Below are positions 53,773 to 64,000 of a stretch of DNA of 64,000 nucleotides, in pieces (position 1 is the first letter of the stretch; each line of letters begins with the position of its first letter). The notes under the pieces are model-generated. The model had not been told where the DNA came from, did no database searches, and saw nothing but the letters and a program-made list of their open reading frames with translations. Both the position numbers and the translations under genes were made by a program. The DNA lies in NCBI RefSeq assembly GCF_001194135.2, contig NC_068983.1:127980762-128044761 (forward strand). Reading direction: 5' to 3'. The DNA comes from Octopus bimaculoides. Its lineage: Eukaryota.

Positions 53773-54779
53773 GTTGTTGTTGTTGTCTAATAGAAATATT
53801 ACATTATTCCTATTAGATAAAGTATACACAGAAGAAAGAAAAACATTATCAAAAGAGAAATAATAGTAGAATTTAAATGATCAATCTATCTTAAGATTAT
53901 TCTAGGAATGAAAAGGTATATAAATGTGGAATACACACACACACATACACACACACACACACACACCCACACACACACACACACACCCACACAGACACAC
54001 ACACACCCACACAGACACACACACACCCACACATATATATATATATATATATAATCACGCTCACACACACACACGTATATATATATATATATTTGTATAT
54101 ATGAAGAATAAGCACTGACATATGAGCACCTTACATCTGATATCAGAAACAGCTTTAAATTAATGGGGGTTATGAAATAATTTCTCGTTGCCTTGTCATT
54201 TATTTGTGCGTTTGTATGTAGGGGAAAGATCCTATGTCGTTATAAATTAAGGAACATTAACTAACTCACTAACTTCTCTCAGTTTATTATACTGAAAACA
54301 TTCGAAATAAAACTTATAGAATACCCAGTACATAATCCTATACGCTGCAGTTTTTATCAGTGTATAGGTAGAAACAACGATTACATTTAACATGTCAGAC
54401 GACCAAGTTTTCACATGTATTATTTATATGTAGAGATAGTCTACAGATTATTTGTAAAAATATATTTTACAAATTTATATGTACAGGTGCCAAATACTGT
54501 CCATCTAATTATGAATCGAGAAGATATTGAAAGCAAATATTAAAAATCTATCCATCGTAGTGACACTTCAGGACTTCCGTAAAAGCTCTACAGGTGTATG
54601 GTTAGATACACATTTTCGCTGAAAATGATGACCATTTCCTGCTGGATTCCTATAACTAATGATTTTAACTTCAACTACTCAGTTAACATACGAATCATGT
54701 TAGCAAATGTAAATGGTGCTTCCGTGTATTTCTGTACGGCGGATTGATTTGCATCTTTATATAAACAGAAATATAAGTA

Positions 54780-54865
<86 letters not shown>

Positions 54866-54961
54866 ACACACACACACATAAACACGCGCGAACACACACA
54901 CCTAAGCACTCACACACGCACCTAAACACGCACTCACACACGCCTAAACACGCGCGCGCGC
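54780..54961. repeat. (CA)n decaying into CA/CG mixed repeat
   Basis: Directly visible. Confidence 0.92.
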
Positions 54962-55123
54962 AGACATGAGTGAGTGTGTTTGTGCAAGCATTCATAATTA
55001 CAAGATTTTACATCAATGTGTAGATTGATACAAAATACGCATAATCAAATATGCCTCTCGATCTATGCGTGTGTTTGCCTTTGCCTGTCTATCTGTCTCT
55101 GTCTATTTCTCTCTCTCTCTCTC

Positions 55124-55164
<41 letters not shown>

Positions 55165-56171
55165 TTTACATAGCTTTTTGGGAAATATTTACTTTCGAGT
55201 CAAATCACCTAAAACTATAAATTACAGCATGTAAACTCTGGGCGGAAAAACCTATGTTTGAGTCCCATGGACAGCATTCTGATTTTTGTGTCTATATAAG
55301 TGACCTAACTTGTAATTACGCGAGTTGTTGTGTATTCGACTATTACGTGAGAGATAGTAATAATGGAATTAGATTTACTTGAAATATAAGGAAACAATTT
55401 TTTTAAATTTATAGTTTATCACCCTCAACATCTACTTAAAAGGTAAAGATTTTATCCAACATTCTTTGATATTTATTGTGCATCGTCTCTGACTTGAACT
55501 ATAGCAGCTCCACAATCTGCTTACACAAGCACATTCACAGCACGTGCATCTACGTACCGACACATGCCTACACATACCACTGTTTTGGCATAAAGCACGT
55601 ATAGCTGCGGAGATAGCTACCTTAAGGATCCTATTATTGGTGTTACTTATTGGTTATACAAAAGTCGGGGCATGTTAGGGGTGTTGATTTTGGTTATATT
55701 ACTTTCGGTGTTGGTAGCGATTGAGATGGTGATGGTGGGTTGTATTATTACTGATGGTAGACATATTTTCTTGCTAATTACGTTGTTGTCTCTATTTTCA
55801 AGTCAATCCTCGTTCCCTACGATTGAAACCATGTCGCCCAACTTTTAAAATAAATTGAACGTAGATAAAGTTGTATATCTAGCAAACACTATTATTGTTA
55901 CTGTAGTGAATCATTAAGGCGTTTCGAGTTTGCTGATTATGGTGGACATATTAGTTTGTGTCTAACAGGTCTAAATTTCAGAGATTGGGAATTATGCTCA
56001 TTATTCACTTTATTTACATTTGACGGATATTTGTCCACATCTTGTTTGTTGTTAACACAAGGCTTCATCAGGTGTCTTGGGAAAATTTTGAACCTGGGTT
56101 CTCATACCCAAGGTACTTTTCCATCTTGTTTTTGATGTTGTTGTCTTCTTCTTCTTCTTATTATTATTATT

Positions 56172-56246
56172 CAGGTCATCGCTAAGAATCAAACTCGGAA
56201 TCTTGGGGTTAGCAGCCCACGCTCTTAAACACTACGCCATATGCCC
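56172..56246 (-). pseudogene. tRNA-derived head (tRNA-Ser-GCU-like), not a functional tRNA
   Basis: 75 nt GGGCATATGGCGTAGTGTTTAAGAGCGTGGGCTGCTAACCCCAAGATTCCGAGTTTGATTCTTAGCGATGACCTG: A-box-like TGGCGTAGTG, anticodon loop CT-GCT-AA, degenerate B-box GAGTTTGATTC; no long variable arm. Confidence 0.7.
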
Positions 56247-56252
56247 GTGGGC

Positions 56253-56321
<69 letters not shown>

Positions 56322-56397
56322 TAGTAAAAATAATAATAACAACGATAATATTGAAAAATACCTTAGGAATGAGTATCCAGGTTCGAAATTTCCCCAA

Positions 56398-56443
56398 GAC
56401 ACACGATGAAAGCTGAAGGGTATATCAGCCGAAACGTTGTGTT
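56398..56443 (+). ncRNA. Degenerate minimal type I hammerhead ribozyme (core CU mutated to AC)
   Basis: Stem I GACAC/GTGTT, core ACGATGA (CTGATGA in the left arm), stem II (A)GCTG..CAGC(C), GAAA, palindromic stem III ACGT, H17=T. Confidence 0.6.
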
Positions 56444-56803
56444 AACAACAAACAAGATGTGGAGAAATATCCGTCAAATGTAAATACTGAAAAACAATAG
56501 TGTGTGTCTCCCTCTTAGTTTCATTGTCTCTGATAATATGTAATTCTAGTGGCGTAGGTTATCATGGATAGAAAGAGAGAATGCGAAGCAGAAAGATACA
56601 TGGATTATTTATTTAAATTTCATTTATTATTTTGAAATTAACAGCATACATATTTTTCAAAAACTCATTGCGTGTATCCTATAAGCCTAGCTTGTTCTTC
56701 AGATTAGCAGAATTAATTTCTACCCACGTCCCCGCTCATAATATTTTTTTAAATGTATGTAGGACAGTATTTCTACAAGATACTATTCGTCGTCACGATT
56801 TGG

Positions 56804-56805
<2 letters not shown>

Positions 56806-56893
<88 letters not shown>

Positions 56894-57125
56894 ATGTATA
56901 TATGTATATATGTGTATATATATGTGTATGAATATACGTATATATATATATGTGCATATATGTGTATATATATGTATGGATACATGTATGTATATATATG
57001 TATGTATGGGTATATATATGCATATATGTGTATATATGTTCATATATGGATGTATATGTAAGTGTATATGCAGATATACATTTATATATATGTGCGTGTG
57101 TATGTGCGTGCGCCTGTATGTATGA
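56806..57125. repeat. (TA)n/(TG)n/(TATG)n low-complexity block
   Basis: Directly visible. Confidence 0.95.
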
Positions 57126-57701
57126 GGTGCTTGCGTGTCTTGCTACATACACCAAACTCGGTGATCTGTGGACATACATAAAATTGAAAATTTTGAAAAG
57201 TTCACACCTATATTTCGTATTGATGTCACAGTCATCAATATTCATGAACATGTATTTCATGTCAAATGTAATCCTCTCAACCATGTCTGTTATGCACAAA
57301 GTAAGTTTCTCAATGAGAATATAAATTCTCTTGAGTAAATCCGACAACGCATTTCCACTGGTGCATGGCTCTCATATATGTTAAGCTAGATTTTCCGTTC
57401 ACAAATATTTTGCATTTATATTTCGTTATATATTTATATATTGTTAATTTTTCATCTCAATTCCAACATGAATAAATCTTATTAACATTATCAGGATTTT
57501 TCTAGACTGCTTTATACTCTGTATGTTTTGTGTTTTATGTTCTCCGTTATTTTTATCGCATTCATTACTGCTTTTTTTCTTTTTCTCAGATATACATACA
57601 TAGATTGATACATAGATACATATATATATATATTAAGCAGTATAGAATAGATAAGACAGATAGAGAAAAAAATTATATATTGATAGACTGANNNNNNNNN
57701 N

Positions 57702-57758
<57 letters not shown>

Positions 57759-57867
57759 GTTTGCTTCTGTATGTGTACAAAGTTACACACACACATATAT
57801 ATATATATTAAGCAGTATAGAATAGATAAGACAGATAGAGAAAAAAATTATATATTGATAGACTGAT

Positions 57868-57906
<39 letters not shown>

Positions 57907-59439
57907 CATATGTCAGTACAATAACATTCAATAAGAGCCTATCACAAAGTTTCATATATCCTCTCCATTCGTTCGTAAATATATTTGAGGTTGAGGGTTA
58001 ATACCTGAAAATTTCAGCTCCATAGCTCTCACCAGTTAGATTTCACGGCCATTTAAAATTTTATACAATTTTGGGCATTTTCAGACTATCGAATTTCAGT
58101 TTTTAGGGCCCTTCATTGCAAATATTTTCGATATCATACATTGGAAAATATGTCTCCTTGGTCCCCACTATCACAATTCTTACAGAATCTAAAGGTCAAT
58201 TCTTTTAAATAATCCTTTGTCGGAAAGATTCCAACAAAATATTCTTGGGGGCTATTTTAAAAGGCATATGAGCTTTACGCAGTTATTACTTAATAACAGC
58301 AGTTGATGAGCAATCCACCAGCTCTAATCTTACACTAATTTTTAAATATTAAGATATAATATAAATTCACATACTCAAAAGACTTTTTTGTGCCACGTGG
58401 TTGTAAATTTGAGACAATGTGAAATACTTTGAAAATTCGATATTTGTGTTTGGACCAGAATAACGTATTTTCACTGAGTTCAAACTACACAAAAATATAA
58501 TTTCAGAGACTATTCCCAGTAGTGACTATAGAAATGTAAAAAAAAAATAGCTTTTAAAACTAAAATGAATACCAATTTTCATCTCTTGGAACTGGCTCAA
58601 AATAGAAATTCTCCATTTAGGAGTCGGTTCTGAGCTGCGGAACTCAATGTGTGGCAATTAGAAAAACTTCCCAATCTCAAAAACCTTGGACATTGACCTC
58701 TTGACTATACAACAACAATGTGTCTGGAAGCTGGAACCTCATCCTTTTATAATACCTTTATAAATTGAAGGCGGTTCGAAAATAAGAGACATTCTACTAG
58801 CCTCTTATTGATAGTTGATGGGACAATCATAAAATTTTTCTGACACTGTATTTTCCTTCCAAAGTTTAAGAAAAGGTAATGATAGCTAGCAAAATTCATA
58901 ATTAACATGAAGTAGTAGAAAACAAAATGAATCTACAGCTATTTACTAGCTTAATACATATCACATCAAATTTTGCACATGTCTAATATCATCGCATGAA
59001 GATGATAGAAACAGCTACTAGTCCTTCCAGAAAAGGAAGGATCCACTTTTACAAGTACGTCCTCTATTGCAATTGAACGGATATCACCATGTCTTGGCCT
59101 GAAACACAGACTCTTTGGGCCTTTGGGATGAAGGAAATTTTATTTAACAACAGCATGTTCAACTGGAACATCATTTTCCACTTTAATGTACCAATACATA
59201 TCACACTGACCGACACAAATAGAATGATCTTGAAAATCTAAGAACATTCGTGACAGACCCTTGGTGGATTTCACAGCAATAATCTACACGCACGCACACT
59301 CACACACACACAAACACACGCACACAGTAAGATAAAAAGAAGGAAGAGAATTTCGATTATACCCACGTAGTGCGCTTTAATGCAAAAATATGTATAAAAT
59401 AAAAGAAGAAAATGCACAACTTACATAGTTTTAATACAT

Positions 59440-60141
59440 TTTTAATATATTTTATAAGAGAAAGGGTATTGTATTTTTCGACCGGTTTCACGTTCGCTAA
59501 TCATGATATTGAAATTACTGTAATTTGGTATTTTTTGAGATTTTAGTCCATGTAGTGTATGGTGATTTGTGAATGAAATGAATCAACAGGTTAAAAATCT
59601 AAGTTGGGGGAGGTAAACGGTGATCGTTATTATTCGGGACAAGGGAGGTAATTAGTTACTTTTGAGGGAAGGGGTAAATAAATATACAAAAACTCAAAAG
59701 CTAAAGTATTACGATGGAATATTTACATTTATATGTACGTCAACATAAATTGAAATATATACTGAGACCAAAGTTTGTTATTTAGGCCCGTTATGTATTT
59801 TTCGATAAATAAATTTGCTTTATTAAAACGTTCTTGTACAGAAATTGTTTCTTTGCTCTGGCAGATGGCAAAAACTGTGACATTTGGTTGGGTATTAACT
59901 TGCGCATCTCTCTATGTGTTCACTCGAAGGAATCTGTCTGTACCGTGGTTGAAAGGATCTGTTCCTTGTGTAGTGTTGTTGTCTGTTTAAGTATCATGCT
60001 TGTTTGCCCTCTATAGTTATGTCCACAAACAGAACAGGGTATAACTTAGATTCTCGGGAGCATAAGTGAACTCCTCACCTTCTTTGAATAGGAATTCCGA
60101 GCCTTCCTGCCGGTTCGGGTATGTTCCCACATTTGGACATC
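59440..60141 (-). mobile_element. Penelope-like element 3' part: decayed GIY-YIG endonuclease (about 60141-59780) plus 3' UTR
   Basis: Minus-strand reading across frameshifts: CPNVGTYPN..EGSEFLFKEG..ENLSY (60055-60041), CGHNYRGQT (YRGQT at 60015-60001), LHKEQI, YRQIPSSEHIERCA, QERFNKANLFIEKYITGLN. The UTR boundary is approximate. Confidence 0.8.
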
Positions 60142-60142
60142 C

Positions 60143-61440
60143 TGAAAAATAATTCATCATTAACTCATGTACATGGAAAAGTCCTGACACAAAATGAAAT
60201 AGATTATATGATGAACTTTAAATGTAAATCCAGGTTTTTCACTGCCTTCCCAAAAGTACAGAAAAGGAAGGTAGTTAATGAAACCTGCAAACAATTACGG
60301 GCAAATACATACTTATCCTAGCGTCAGAAGATTTAAAGTTAAGACCAATTATAGCTGGTCCAGCCTGTGAAATCCAACACCTAAGTAATATTTAAGACAT
60401 CCTACTGAAACCCTTGTTGAAATACATCAAAAGTTTCATTATAGCCGATGTAGATATACTTGAGCACCTACCAAAAACAACTAATGCAGGGACATTTTTG
60501 GTTTCCTTCGATGTTTTTCATCTTTACACCAATATCTCGCATGACTATGGAATAGAAGAAATAGAATTCTAACTGGAGAAGTACCCCGAAGAACTTCAAA
60601 GACGCATAAACCAGGTTTTTATTATTGAAACTTCAAAATTTATATTCAGAACAATTATTTTCTATTTGACGACATCTACCACCGTCGAAATTGTGGAATT
60701 GCGATGGGAGCAAGAGCAGCCTTTGTTCTTACGAATCTAGTTATGGTATATTTTGCATTCACTGTATATTAAGTGTCACTGCAAAATTATTGCGATCCAT
60801 GTTACCATTACTTAGGAGACAATTGGAAAAGATATCTGGACGACTGCTTTTCATTTGGAATGAGACCATTGATCAACTTTTGGAATTTAAATCAATAATA
60901 AATAATATACACCCTAACATTCAACTTAGAACAGAATATTACAAAGAACTGGCGCCTTTCTTAGATATTATGATGAAAAAATCCATCAACCGAAGTGTAA
61001 CTGACAGTTATCATAAGTCACCTGACTCGAAACAATATCTTCTGTTTAGATCTTGCCACACGAAGCACATCAAAAGAAATATCCCCTTTAATTTAGCGAA
61101 AAGGATTTGCACAATAGTGTCTGATGGAAATACTCGGGACCTCCCTCTTCAAGACCTCAGAACAGCACTAACTGAGACGATATCCACACTCAGGTACAGT
61201 TGGAATTAAGCATGCCAAAAAAATTAGGTATTAAAACACTAAGGGAAACAAAACGTAACACCACACCGTGTCTCAAAATACTGCCGCATATAGCAGCGCA
61301 TAACCCTAGAAACAACGAGGCATACTACACTATTGCACAAAATTTACCTATGCTCACTAGGTATCCAAAAATTAACAGCATCCTGAAAACACATAAATTC
61401 ATCAAATGCATAAAGCAAAACAAATGCTGAAAAGTTGAAG
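60143..61440 (+). mobile_element. Penelope-like element reverse transcriptase region, 5'-truncated pseudogene
   Basis: FPKVQK, LRPIIAGP (60339-), LVSFDV..LYTNI (60498-), GIAMG (60695-), WKRYLDD (60824-60844), PFLD, YHKSPDSKQYL.F.SCHTKHIKRNIPFNLAKRICTIVS; multiple stops and frameshifts. Confidence 0.93.
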
Positions 61441-64000
61441 CATTCATGGTTTTATTTTGGCACAGTAGCATCATAGGTTACAAGGATTGAAGCGACATTC
61501 AAGTCGCTTCTCTGAGATGTTAGTTTTTGCTACTGTAGTTGATGCTTCCAGTGCTATGATAGTAGCAAAAGTGGTGCTGGTGGTAACTTTTCAGATGATA
61601 TGGTGTTATTCTAAACCTCATTGGTTATCTTACTGAAATACGATCAAATGCATTCCATTCATCCTCCGTATATCATGCTAGCCTTCTTTCAGCCATTCGA
61701 ATTGAACGTCCTTAAATATCCGTAAGTTGAAGGATTATAGACTTCCATATTACTGGAGACAAAACTGGAATTCAAATCCCAGTTAGATCGGACTACGGAC
61801 TTACCTTATTTCTATAGAAAAACCTTATATACCGTAACATTCCTAGTTTCTCCCATAATATAAGACAGGTGTACACGGATGTGATTGCAAAGAAAATTAT
61901 GTGTCTTTATTTGTTCACTTTCTAAGAACTGCTTAACCTAAGAAATAATGTATGTATTTTTCTCTTCACACTCATGGAATTAGTTGACTTTTCTTGTATG
62001 TGTTTGTAGATAAATGTGAGAGAAATATGCATTTAAAAAATAATCGGAAGATATAGCCATGTGCTCAAGAATTTCATATTTCAATCGTGTGGTTTCACCT
62101 TTGATCCCTCTACCCTAGTATTTTCAGGTAATTCGATTCTAAGAGAAATTGTGTGTGGACAGCAGTCGAAATGTCTGTACGTGAAATTCGAATACACGTT
62201 ATGTCCTCATGATTTTATTTCAGAATTCCGTTAGTGTATCCAGTGTTTAGGAACTATGATGTTATCATGTAAATTATACCAGCTTTATAATTTAAATAAA
62301 AGGTACACGTATCTGTGGAATACTCAACCACATACAAACATTGCAATGTGTAGGTAGTTCACTTGATTGAAGAACTGGAATATTCATGGTCATAACTGAA
62401 GGAGAATTCATTTAATTTTCATAAGACTAATACTCTTCAAATGTTTTTTAACAGAAAAGGCAATTCTATTTCAATCTAGAAGAATTAACTGCATATAAAG
62501 TAGGAACACTGTATATGTAATGTAAGCTATAGCCAATGCAGCAGTACATATTATAAAACAAAACATAGTGCGCATTTACACAAGAGTGCATATTAAATAA
62601 ATAAAATATGATTTTATAAAATATAATCTTTTTTTATGAATTCTATCGGGATTTGAAAACTGAAAGGTTAGGCATGAAATTAGAAATTGCGTAGCTTTTA
62701 GTTTTCCAATGCTCTATCGAACTGCGTCAACTTACCATTAAATTCACAAATACAGTACTACAGAAAAAAATAATAAACAAACAAACAAACAACATACTAA
62801 ACGTCATATATCTACTACGGTAAAAAATAACTAATGTAAGAGCAACTAAAACTTGAAAGAAATATATATATATATATATATATACATACATACATACATA
62901 CATACATACATACATACATACATACAAAAGCAACTAAACTATCAAAAGCTCAAAAAAAGATAGGAGCAATATTGCAACACGGATAAAAATGCAGTATACA
63001 ACTCACTTTCCCATCAAAAATATCTTGCTCTCCAAATTTAATGTTATATTTTTTTGTTCATCATAGAGAATGTTCAACATTAATTCTGCAATAATTTAAA
63101 ATGAGTTGTTGTGTGTATCTGCTCTATCTCTATATTCTGTTTTCTTTCTCTTTTGTTTTTTTCTCCTTTTTTGGGAAACAGGGGTAGTTCTTCGAAGTTT
63201 TTGAGGCGTAAAGACATTTGAGCTGTTGGCACGAAATAAGACTGGAGTGTCACCAGAGTTGTACATATTACAGACACCATTTTGCCTGTGGTAACGTTGG
63301 TGGTGTAGTTGTAGTAGTAGTAGTAGGAGGCGGAGGAGGAGGAACTGGGAGGGGAGGATGTTGGAGAGACCAGGCATAAGAGGGGGAAGACTACGACGAT
63401 GACGAGAAGTTATGGTAGAAATTTTAGAGATCTAAACATAAAGACATCATATTGCATAAACTTTTATGTATGCATATGTTTAACTATCAAGCCAAATCTA
63501 GTTATCTATATATATGTATGTGTGTGTGTATATATACATATACCATCGAAAATACATACATGTATGTATATATATATATATATATGCGAACAGAAACACA
63601 GAGAACACACTCTGCAGACATACATACAGACACAAAAATGTCAGTCACCTTTATGGTTTCTGTACAAAAGATAGAATGCATTAGAAAACTCATGCTCTGA
63701 TAACTATATGGAATTTATCAGTTGAATATTTAGAATCGGATTTGATAATTCAATATTCAAATTTCAATGTATTTTTCTTTATTTTGTATGCATTTTTTGT
63801 TCTTTGCTCTAAATTTGTTTTAGTATTTAACAGTTGTTTTCTTATTTTCATTCGTTTTGTGAAAGTTGCATCTAAATATTTTTGGTTCTTTCTGTTGGAA
63901 TTATTTGCACATTTTGAGGTGTCTTTATCTGCCTTTATTTGAATACCTTTTAAAAAGTTCATGGGAATTCCTTTCATGTTTTAAATATCAACAACGTTAT

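Larger units (their letters stand above)
55990..56486 (-). mobile_element. Fold-back non-autonomous element: tRNA-like head, AAT linkers and inverted Penelope-type hammerhead-bearing arms
   Basis: The arms at 56011-56120 and 56354-56486 are reverse complements apart from substitutions and a 23-nt deletion in the left arm. A central palindrome ATGCCC-GT-GGGCAT lies at 56241-56254. Confidence 0.8.

Noticed and set aside
57625-57866. ~67-bp exact duplication (57625-57691 and 57800-57866) around a 10-N gap
   Set aside because: An identical repeat flanking a tiny gap and microsatellite is most simply an assembly overlap artefact.
1-64000. CRISPR arrays, rRNA genes, intact tRNA genes, prokaryotic operons
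   Set aside because: No regularly spaced repeat-spacer array or rRNA-like sequence is visible; all tRNA-like segments are SINE heads; the DNA is eukaryotic.

Overview
AT-rich, repeat-dense eukaryotic DNA with 15 N-gaps, almost all next to (TA)n or (CA)n runs. The SINE families and microsatellite load resemble cephalopod (Octopus-like) genomes; this taxon call is from memory, not a search. No complete or nameable host gene is visible, and most ORFs in the track are microsatellite or gap artefacts. Best-supported features: (1) an RTE-type LINE 3' end with three C2H2-like motifs (1-790); (2) a decayed Penelope-like element split into a plus-strand RT piece and an adjacent minus-strand GIY-YIG piece, a twin-priming-like inversion (about 59440-61440); (3) a CR1-type LINE fragment; (4) three tRNA-derived SINE families; (5) a hAT-type MITE bridging a gap; (6) an internally deleted LTR element with a tRNA-Ser PBS. 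The most unusual object is a roughly 500-bp fold-back element at 55990-56486. It has a tRNA-Ser-like head, AAT linkers and two inverted arms, each holding a differently damaged copy of a Penelope-type minimal hammerhead ribozyme. Low-confidence splice candidates include a three-exon plus-strand protein C-terminus (5427-7591) and several microexons.
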